DNA of 36,674 nt from Chloroflexota bacterium (lineage in GTDB: Bacteria > Chloroflexota > Limnocylindria > Limnocylindrales > CSP1-4), in contig JANNHX010000173.1 in the NCBI GenBank assembly GCA_031404615.1, forward strand, positions 1 through 36,674, written 5' to 3'. Shown here in pieces: positions 25,015 through 31,863 of this stretch (positions are counted from its first letter, which is position 1; each line of letters begins with the position of its first letter). The position numbers were made by a program, and so were the translations under genes. The notes beneath the pieces are model-generated. The model ran no database searches. It saw only the letters and a program-made list of their open reading frames with translations, and was not told the DNA's origin.

Positions 25015-25036
25015 ATACCAATAATGCCATTATGGT
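25015..25036. promoter_or_regulatory. Candidate operator: ATACCAATAAT-GCC-ATTATGGT (imperfect inverted repeat containing ATACCAAT)
   Basis: An AT-rich patch lies in the 230-nt divergent gap between the ABC/DUF5107 operon and the aldolase gene. It shares the 8-mer with sites at 7387 and 16397. Confidence 0.4.
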
Positions 25037-25098
25037 TCAGACAGGCGAGGCGTTCACCACCCGGCCGACCGCTCGCCGCAACCTCAGCGAGGAGCACC

Positions 25099-25737
25099 AT
25101 GCGTGATCGCATCGGCATCCCCACCGAGATCGCGCGCGGGCGTGTGATCGCCATCGTGCGGGGGATCGGGCCGGAGCGGATCGTCGAGATCGCCGGCGCG
25201 CTCACGGCAGGCGGCATACGGGCCATGGAGGTCACGCTCAACAGTCCGGGCGCGATCGCGTCCATCGGTCGCCTGGCGGCAAGGTTCGGGAGCGAGGACC
25301 TGCTGATCGGCGCCGGGACGGTCATCGCCGAGGACGGCCTGCGCGAGGCGCACGGCGCAGGCGCCCGCTTCGTCGTCATGCCGCACACCGATCCGGCGCT
25401 GATCGAGCTGGCGACGAGCCTCGGCCTGGCCAGCATCCCCGGCGCGAGCACGCCCACGGAGGCTCTGGTCGCGTGGCGCGCCGGCGCATCGGCCGTGAAG
25501 GCCTTCCCGGCCTCGGTCCTGGGCGTCGGCTTTGTGCGCGAGATGCACGGACCCCTGCCCATGATCCCGCTGGTGCCGACCGGCGGCGTGACGCTCGAGT
25601 CGGCACCGGACTTCGTCCGGGCCGGGGCCATCGCCGTCGGCATGGGCAGCTGGCTGACGAGCCAGGGTGAACCGTCGGCCATCAGCGCTCGGGCAGCGCA
25701 GCTCGTCGCAGCCCTCGAGACCGCGGCGGCGGGATAG
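25099..25737 (+). CDS. KDPG/KHG aldolase family protein (Eda-like)
   Basis: IAIVRG...EVTLNSPGA...LIGAGTV...VKAFPAS (Schiff-base Lys context)...VPTGGV. ATG at 25099 has GAGGAG 5 nt upstream. Confidence 0.85.
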   Translation: MRDRIGIPTEIARGRVIAIVRGIGPERIVEIAGALTAGGIRAMEVTLNSPGAIASIGRLAARFGSEDLLIGAGTVIAEDGLREAHGAGARFVVMPHTDPALIELATSLGLASIPGASTPTEALVAWRAGASAVKAFPASVLGVGFVREMHGPLPMIPLVPTGGVTLESAPDFVRAGAIAVGMGSWLTSQGEPSAISARAAQLVAALETAAAG

Positions 25738-25894
25738 CGCCGCTCGGGCGGGCGGGCTGGTCCACCAGGAGCCGGCCGTCCCAGGACACGCTTCGCAGGT
25801 CGGCGATCGCCGCGGCGAGCCCGCGCTCCGCCTCGAGGGACCCGACCCGGATCACGACACCGGCGGCGGTAGCCCGCTGGTCGTGGAGGCGGGG

Positions 25895-26420
25895 TCAGCC
25901 CGGGCTCGTGGGCATGTGGAGCCCGCACTCGCGCGGGTCGTCGGGCGACTCCCACCACCAGCGGCCCGCTCGCTCGTCCTCGCCCGGGGCGATCGCTCGC
26001 GTGCAGGGGGCGCACGCGATCGAGGGGTAGCCCTCGTCGTGCAGCGAGGGTCGACACCGCGCTCGCGGACCATCGGCTCGACGTCGGCCGGGTCCGGGGT
26101 GATGACCTGGATGTCGATGTCGAAGCGATCCCGCACCCTGGCCATGAGCTCGTGGGTGCCCGCCGGAAGGAGGCCCGTGTCAAGCGTGACGACCCGCGGC
26201 TGCCGGACGAGGCGCGTCAGCAGGTCCAGGATGACGATCCCCTGGGGCGCCAGCGAGGTCGCGAAGGGCAGCCTGGACGGACCGATCGCGCCGAGCGCCG
26301 CCGTGAGCACGCCGCGCGCGTCTGCCGCCTCGATGTCGGCGGGCAACCGGGGGCCGCCCAGAGGCAGCGAGGCCGGCCGTGCGATGTGGGGCGCGATGCC
26401 GGGTGCGGAGATGGTCGTCA
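25895..26420 (-). pseudogene. cysH: Decayed (P)APS reductase gene with an internal deletion and frame change
   Basis: The N-terminal ~124 aa (…FATSLAPQGIVILDLL…[36 protein letters not shown]…) is joined near 26040-26052, in a different frame, directly to the C-terminal ~50 aa ([44 protein letters not shown]…, stop 25895-25897). The total is 526 nt, against about 700+ nt for intact cysH. The central segment (CC pair, RKVxPL, GLRR) is missing. Confidence 0.65.
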
Positions 26421-26670
26421 TGCGGAGAGCCGCCTGGGCAGCCACCGCGTGATCGATACCGGCGCGGGGCGCGACTCGTCCGCCCCCCTCGATGCCAGCC
26501 TGTTGATGACGGTTCGACTGGCGGATGGAGCGTCGCAGAGCAAGCGCGCTACGGCCGTGCGCGCCATGTCGATTCGGGCGGATGCCGTTCGTCGTTCCTG
26601 TGAGCGAGCGCCGATCGGCCTCGCACCCGGAGGTACCGGCGGCTCGGCTGCCGGGATGGAGGTCAAGGCA

Positions 26671-26985
26671 ATGGCGAACTTCCTGCTCACCTACCACGGC
26701 GAGGGCGGCATGCCGACCAGCGAGGAGGAGACGGCCAAGGTGACGGCGGCCTGGGGCGCCTGGTTCGGGCAGCTCGGCGAGGCCGTCGTGGATCCGGGGA
26801 ACCCCACCACGCACTCGAAGGCCATCTCCCCGGACGGCTCCGTGATGGACGCCACGTCGGCGCCGACCGGCTACTCGATCATCAGGGCCGACAGCCTCGA
26901 CGCCGCCGTCAAGCTCTCGAAGGGCTGCCCCGTCCTGGCGGCCGGCCAGGTCGTCCTCGTCTCCGAGACGTTCCCGGCGATGTAG
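26671..26985 (+). CDS. Small (104 aa) YCII-like/dimeric alpha-beta-barrel-type hypothetical protein
   Basis: MANFLLTYHGEGGMPTSEEETAKVTAAWGAWFGQLGEAVVDPGNP...TGYSIIRADSLDAAVKLSKGCPVL. GGAGG lies 9 nt upstream of ATG 26671. The upstream 170 codons of the longest ORF are junk. Confidence 0.5.
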   Translation: MANFLLTYHGEGGMPTSEEETAKVTAAWGAWFGQLGEAVVDPGNPTTHSKAISPDGSVMDATSAPTGYSIIRADSLDAAVKLSKGCPVLAAGQVVLVSETFPAM

Positions 26986-27030
26986 CGGCGGGCCGGCGCA
27001 TCGCCGGTCATCGTCCCTGCGCGATCCTTC

Positions 27031-27055
27031 GAGGCCCGGTCATCGACCGGGCCTC
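27031..27055. terminator. Perfect hairpin between convergent genes (11-bp stem, 3-nt loop); bidirectional terminator candidate
   Basis: GAGGCCCGGTC-ATC-GACCGGGCCTC lies in the 92-nt gap between the YCII-like and M24 peptidase genes. There is no clear U-tract. Confidence 0.45.
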
Positions 27056-27077
27056 GTCGCGTGCCCGGGAGCCGGGA

Positions 27078-28334
27078 TCAGGCCAGCCAGAGCTCCGCCT
27101 GGCGGCCGTCGAGGAAGGTGCACGCGGACCCGTCGAACCAGGCGTCCTCCTCGAGCATGAACTGGACCAGCTGGCCGTCCCACTCGGGCACCGCGACCCG
27201 CGCCTGCAGCTCGATCGAGTAGGCCGTCGACGGCCACACCGGGTAGTCGCCCTGTCCCTCGATCGCGACCTGGTTGTCCCAAAGGCCGATCGTGGGGCCG
27301 GCGGCGTGCCCGTGAAGGCCGATGGGGTGCGTGTAGATGAGCCCGTCGAGCGCCTCGGCGGCCGCCGCCTCGAGCGTGAGCCGCAGCACCTCGTTGCCGG
27401 TCCGGCCCGTCCCGAACTGCCCCATGAGCAGGTCCTGGAGCCGGTTGGCGCGCGCGATCCCAGCCCCAAGGCCGTCCGGAGCGGCGGTCTCGCCGGGGAG
27501 GAGCACATAGGCGTGCTGCTGCTGGTCGGTGCAGAAGCCGTTGGCGACGATCCCGAAGTCGATGTGGACGAGGTCGCCGGGCTCGATCACCATCTCCGTC
27601 GGCTTGCCGGCGAACGACTCGCGCGCGGCGCCACCACGCCGCTGGACGCTGCAGGTGGGCTGGAACCAGGAGCCGAAGCCATCCCGGTCGACCGCGCCGC
27701 GGAGCCACCACTCGATGTCGGTGGTGGTCGTCGTCCCGGGTCTGATGACCTCGGCGGACAGGGCGCGCCGGAGGTAGCCGTGGGAGGCGCGGCAGGCCTC
27801 GGCCATGCGCGCGCGTTCTTCGGGGAGGCGTGTCTCCAGCCAGCCAATCGCCGCGGTCTCCGCACTCACGATGCGCGCCGCGAGGTGCCCAGGGAGCGCG
27901 GTGACCAGCTCGGTCCGCTCCGACGCCGACAGCCCGTCCGCGAGCGGGAACGTCGCCGACGTGTCCAGGCCGATCCGGGCGGGGTCCGCCTCCTCGAGCA
28001 GCTCCGCGAGTCGGAGCCACTGGTCCGGCTGCGTCTCCGGGTCCCACGCCGAGGGGAAGGCCTCTCCCGCCCCGTACCGTGCCACGGCCATCCGGCGGAC
28101 CCCCTCGGGCGTGCGGAGGAGAATCAGGATCGTGCGGCGGCGGGCGGTGTCCAGCCAGGTCGCGGGCAGCATCGTCGCGAGAACCGGGTCCTCGTTGTAC
28201 TCACGGGCGACCAGCACCCAGGCATCCAGCCCGGCCCGGTCCATGAGCATCGGGACGAGCGCGTCGAGGCGGGCCGCGAGGAGGCTGTCGTGGGCCAGGG
28301 CCCGGGCACGGAGGTCGGCAATCATGCAATCCAT
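27078..28334 (-). CDS. M24-family metallopeptidase (Xaa-Pro peptidase/creatinase-like)
   Basis: The creatinase-like N-domain (LDAWVLVAREYNEDP) is followed by a pita-bread domain with metal-ligand contexts HIDFG...D, HPIGLHGH, SIELQ and MLEED. The start is ambiguous (ATG 28334 or 28325). Confidence 0.8.
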   Translation of the reverse strand: MDCMIADLRARALAHDSLLAARLDALVPMLMDRAGLDAWVLVAREYNEDPVLATMLPATWLDTARRRTILILLRTPEGVRRMAVARYGAGEAFPSAWDPETQPDQWLRLAELLEEADPARIGLDTSATFPLADGLSASERTELVTALPGHLAARIVSAETAAIGWLETRLPEERARMAEACRASHGYLRRALSAEVIRPGTTTTTDIEWWLRGAVDRDGFGSWFQPTCSVQRRGGAARESFAGKPTEMVIEPGDLVHIDFGIVANGFCTDQQQHAYVLLPGETAAPDGLGAGIARANRLQDLLMGQFGTGRTGNEVLRLTLEAAAAEALDGLIYTHPIGLHGHAAGPTIGLWDNQVAIEGQGDYPVWPSTAYSIELQARVAVPEWDGQLVQFMLEEDAWFDGSACTFLDGRQAELWLA

Positions 28335-28445
28335 GCTGCCACGTGGCCCGGGGTTCTGCCCCCGCGTCCAGCCCCGGATCGGCCGGCGCAACTCGCAAGG
28401 CGGCCGGAATGGACAGCCGCGGCCCAAGGGCTAGCATTCCCGACG

Positions 28446-29240
28446 ATGAGCTTCGATGTCGCCGCCGACGCGTATGACCGCTACATGGGCCGGTTCTCGA
28501 CGCAGCTCTCGGGCGGGCTCGCGGACCTCGCGAGGGTGCGCGCCGGTGGGCGTGCCGGGATGCGCCCAGGGATGCGCGCGCTCGACGTCGGGTGTGGTCC
28601 GGGCGCCCTGACCGCCGAGCTCGTGGCGCGGCTCGGGGCGGACCACGTCGCCGCCGTGGACCCCTCGGAGTCCTTCGTGGCCGCCGCGGGCGCGCGCCAC
28701 CCGGGGGTCGCCGTGACGCGGGCGTCCGCCGAGGCGCTCCCGTTCGACGACGCGTGGTTCGACGCGACCCTCGCGCAGCTCGTCGTGCACTTCATGGCCG
28801 ATCCGGTCGCCGGCCTGGCCGAGATGCGCCGCGTGACACGGCCGGGCGGCATGGTCGCCGCGTCTGTCTGGGACTTCGGCGGTGGGCGCGGGCCCGTCAG
28901 CCCGTTCTGGGATGCGGTCCGCCCGCTCGACGCGGGCCTCCACGACGAGTCCGAGCGGGCCGGGGCCAGGGAGGGCAGCCTCGCTTCGCTGTTCGACGCG
29001 GCCGGCCTGGCGGACATCCACGTCTCGACCCTCACCGCACGGGTCGCCTATTCGACCTTCGACGAGTGGTGGGAGCCGTACACGCGGGGCGTCGGTCCGG
29101 GCGGGTCCTACGTGGCGGGCCTGGATGCTGCGCGGCGGGGCGAGGTCCGGGAGGCGTGTCGTCGGGCGCTGCCGGACGCACCGTTCACGATCGAGGCCGT
29201 AGCCTGGGCGTGCCGCGGAGCGGTGGGGCCCAAAGCCTAG
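28446..29240 (+). CDS. Class I SAM-dependent methyltransferase
   Basis: Motif I ALDVGCGPGALT. The post-I acidic residue (AVDPS) and RVTRPGGMV (motif III region) are also present. ATG at 28446. Confidence 0.85.
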   Translation: MSFDVAADAYDRYMGRFSTQLSGGLADLARVRAGGRAGMRPGMRALDVGCGPGALTAELVARLGADHVAAVDPSESFVAAAGARHPGVAVTRASAEALPFDDAWFDATLAQLVVHFMADPVAGLAEMRRVTRPGGMVAASVWDFGGGRGPVSPFWDAVRPLDAGLHDESERAGAREGSLASLFDAAGLADIHVSTLTARVAYSTFDEWWEPYTRGVGPGGSYVAGLDAARRGEVREACRRALPDAPFTIEAVAWACRGAVGPKA

Positions 29241-29662
29241 CCCGTCGATTCCGTCGTGGACGGGCCTGCTGCGCGCTTGATCCGCCGCCAGCCACCGGCC
29301 CGGTTGTCGGCGATGATGTGGCGCAGATACGCGAGGAGCGCTGGCTCGTTGATCGGCTCGCCGCGCTGGATCGAGATCTGGCGACCGGTCGAGTTGCCGT
29401 GACCGTGCGTGACGATCCCCTCGGGGTCCGGAACGATCGCGCCGTCGTAGAGGAACAGGGTCACGTGGTCGCGGGCGGCGAGCAGGGCGCAGACGTTGCC
29501 CTGCAGGACGAAGTAGGGCTGGACCGTCCGCTTGATGGTCTCTTCGACCCGGGGGTCAGCCTCGTGGGCGAGGTCCCGGAGACGATGGCAGATCTCGCGC
29601 TGCCAGTCCGGCAACGGGTCGATGTAGGCGTCGACACGCGGGTCCCTGGCGTACGGCAGCAT
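29237..29662 (-). CDS. DUF1801 (YdhG-like) domain protein
   Basis: VDAYIDPLPDWQREICHRLRDLAHEADPRVEETIKRTVQPYFVLQGNVCALLAARDHVTLFLYDGA. ATG at 29662 has GAGGAGG 5 nt upstream. Confidence 0.6.
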   Translation of the reverse strand: MLPYARDPRVDAYIDPLPDWQREICHRLRDLAHEADPRVEETIKRTVQPYFVLQGNVCALLAARDHVTLFLYDGAIVPDPEGIVTHGHGNSTGRQISIQRGEPINEPALLAYLRHIIADNRAGGWRRIKRAAGPSTTESTG

Positions 29663-29756
29663 GCGGTCCTCCTCTGCACGGCGATGTCGGACGCGCATCA
29701 TCCCCCGCCGGCCCGGCGGTGCCAAGGTGGCGGTGGCGCCCGCGAACTGAACGAGA

Positions 29757-29785
29757 ACGGCCGCCCGGGCGTGGCGGGCGGCCGT
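29757..29785 (-). terminator. Intrinsic-terminator-like hairpin downstream of glnK
   Basis: ACGGCCGCCCG-N7-CGGGCGGCCGT (11-bp perfect stem) starts 24 nt after the glnK stop. On the transcribed strand it is followed by the moderately U-rich TTCTCGTTCAGTT. Confidence 0.5.
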
Positions 29786-29808
29786 CGTGCTGGTTTCACG
29801 GTTGGGAT

Positions 29809-30150
29809 CTAGATCGCGGTCCCTCCCCGTTCGCCGGTGCGGATCCGGATGACCTCCTCGAGCGGCATGATGAAGATCTTGCCGTCGCCGATCGTGCCCT
29901 CCCCGTGCTTCGCGGCACCCAGGATGGCGGTGACCGTCGGCTCGACGAACGCCTCGTTGACGGCGATCTCCAGGCGCACCTTCGGGATGAGGTCGGGCTT
30001 GACCTCCTCGCCGCGGTAGAGCTCCTGGTCCTCCTGTTGGCCATGGCCCGTGACCCGGCTCACCGTGATCCGGAAGATCTCGGCGTGGATGAGGGCCTGG
30101 TGAACGTCATCCAGCTTGTCCGGCTGGATGATGGCGACGATCAGCTTCAT
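29809..30150 (-). CDS. glnK: P-II nitrogen regulatory protein (GlnK, by amtB linkage)
   Basis: 113 aa: MKLIVAIIQPDKLDDV...TIGDGKIFIMPLEEVIRIRTGE (P-II C-terminal signature). It lies 28 nt downstream of amtB. Confidence 0.9.
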   Translation of the reverse strand: MKLIVAIIQPDKLDDVHQALIHAEIFRITVSRVTGHGQQEDQELYRGEEVKPDLIPKVRLEIAVNEAFVEPTVTAILGAAKHGEGTIGDGKIFIMPLEEVIRIRTGERGGTAI

Positions 30151-30178
30151 GCGCGTGACTCCACCGGTTGGGTCGTCA

Positions 30179-31522
30179 TCAGTTGAGGTTGAGCAGGCCG
30201 TAGCCCTGCTCGCCGTGCAGCTCGTGGTCCATGCCCGCTCCCTCGGCCGTGGTGCCGAGGCGGAGGCCGAAGACCTTCTGGATGACCACCAGCAGCACGA
30301 TGGTGACGACCGAGGCATACCCGATGGTCGAAACGACGCCGAGGCCCTGCACGCCGAGCTGCGCGATCACATCGCGACCCTCCGGCATCTCGCCCGCCCG
30401 GATGAGGAAGGTCAGGAGCAGCGCACCGGCCATGCCTGCGATGCCGTGGATACCGAACACGTCGAGCGTGTCGTCATAGCCCAGGCGGTTCTTGAGCAGG
30501 ATCGCGCCGTAGCACAGCCCCGAGGCGACGAAGCCGAGCACGATCGCACCCGCGGGCTGGACGACGCCCGCCGCGGGCGTGATCACGACGAGGCCGGCGA
30601 GGATGCCGGACGCCATGCCGAGGCTGGTGGCCTTGCGGTGCTGGACCGCCTCGATGCAGACCCACGCGAGCGCGCCGGCGGCGGCCGCGACCTGGGTCAC
30701 GGTGAGGGCCTGGGCGGTCTTCACGCCGCTGGAGAGCGAGCTGCCGGCATTGAAGCCGAACCAGCCGACCCAGAGCAGGCCGACGCCCATCATCACCATG
30801 ACGAGGTTGTTCGGGTGCATCGCGATCCGCGGGTAGCCACGGCGGGCGCCGAGGTACAGGGCGGCGACGAGGCCGCTGACGCCCGCGGAGATGTGGACGA
30901 CGGTGCCGCCCGCGAAGTCGATGGCGCCCGCCTGGAGCAGGAAGCCGTCGGATGCCCAGACCCAGTGGCACAGCGGGCTGTAGACCAGCAGGCTCCAGAG
31001 GGCGATGAAGATCGCGTAGCCGCGGAACTTGACGCGCTCGGCGAAGGCGCCGGCGATCAGGGCCGGCGTGATGATCGCGAACTTGCCCTGGAACATCGCG
31101 AATACGAGGTCCGGGATGCCGCCGGTGCTCACGGTGGTGTCGATGCTCCGCAGGAACAGGAGGCCGGGGTCGAAACCGACCCAGCCGCCGAGCACATTCG
31201 GCCCGAAGGCCAGGGCATAACCGACCACGACCCACAGCACGCCGATGATCGCCATGGCGGCGAAGCTGTGCATCATCGTGCCGAGGACGTTCTTGGTGCG
31301 GACGAGACCGCCGTAGAACATCGCGAGGCCCGGGACCATCAGCAGGACCAGGGCCGTCGAGGTCAGCATCCAGGCGGTGGCGCCCGTGTCGACGGGAGGC
31401 TGCTCGGGCAGCGTCGTCGCGGCGGCCGGTGTGAGGGCGACGCACATCGCGACCCCCAGCACGAGCAGCAACAGCGCGGCCGGCACGAATGTGCGCACCG
31501 GGTCGCGTTGGGTGGCAAGCAT
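30179..31522 (-). CDS. amtB: Ammonium transporter (Amt family)
   Basis: LAMFYGGLVRTKN and DFAGGTVVHISAGVSGL, with about 11 TM segments. ATG at 31522 has GGAGGAG 6 nt upstream. The longest-ORF extension is rejected. Confidence 0.9.
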   Translation of the reverse strand: MLATQRDPVRTFVPAALLLLVLGVAMCVALTPAAATTLPEQPPVDTGATAWMLTSTALVLLMVPGLAMFYGGLVRTKNVLGTMMHSFAAMAIIGVLWVVVGYALAFGPNVLGGWVGFDPGLLFLRSIDTTVSTGGIPDLVFAMFQGKFAIITPALIAGAFAERVKFRGYAIFIALWSLLVYSPLCHWVWASDGFLLQAGAIDFAGGTVVHISAGVSGLVAALYLGARRGYPRIAMHPNNLVMVMMGVGLLWVGWFGFNAGSSLSSGVKTAQALTVTQVAAAAGALAWVCIEAVQHRKATSLGMASGILAGLVVITPAAGVVQPAGAIVLGFVASGLCYGAILLKNRLGYDDTLDVFGIHGIAGMAGALLLTFLIRAGEMPEGRDVIAQLGVQGLGVVSTIGYASVVTIVLLVVIQKVFGLRLGTTAEGAGMDHELHGEQGYGLLNLN

Positions 31523-31863
31523 CCAGGTCTCCTCCGCTCGCAACAGCGACCGCCGGGCCGGGGGCGCGCGCCCGGTCGATCTCGGGACGCGGGTTCCCGG
31601 CCCCAGGCCGGGCAGGGCCCCGCAAGGCGCCATCGTCGGGGAGTGGGGGCGGCGGCACTCGTCCTGCAGGAGGTACGTCGGAGTTGCGGTTGGGCGCCAC
31701 GTCGCGCTGCGCGACACCGTGTCGATGTGGATCCGTCTCGCGACTCGCCGGCGCGCTGGGAGCAGGAGGCGCTCGCGTCGGTGGCGAAGCTCGGCGCCGC
31801 GTCCGCAAGTGGCGGTGGATGCGCCACACTAGGCGACCCCACCACCGGGAGGATGAGCGCCCC

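Noticed and set aside
25738-25894. Minus-strand coding-like fragment (…GVVIRVGSLEAERGLAAAIADLRSVSWDGRLLVDQPARP…) downstream of the cysH remnant
   Set aside because: It is shorter than 60 codons from any start, overlaps the 3' end of the aldolase gene, and I cannot assign it to a family. It is probably another remnant, mentioned only as context.
26421-26670. Somewhat lower-GC 250-nt divergent leader upstream of the cysH remnant, considered as a SAM-type riboswitch or other structured RNA
   Set aside because: There is only vague similarity (GUCAUC...CGCGGUGG...AUGAC) to SAM-IV-like sequences, and the GCAACC/GAGGGA core is absent. The downstream gene is a pseudogene. This is not supportable without a covariance-model search.
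31523-31863. 340-nt divergent region between amtB and the PLP decarboxylase, inspected for small ORFs, GlnR/NtcA-type boxes and hairpins
   Set aside because: There are only weak short inverted repeats (for example GTGGCG-N7-CGCCAC at about 31808-31827) and no coding-like frame. I could not support any specific regulatory call.
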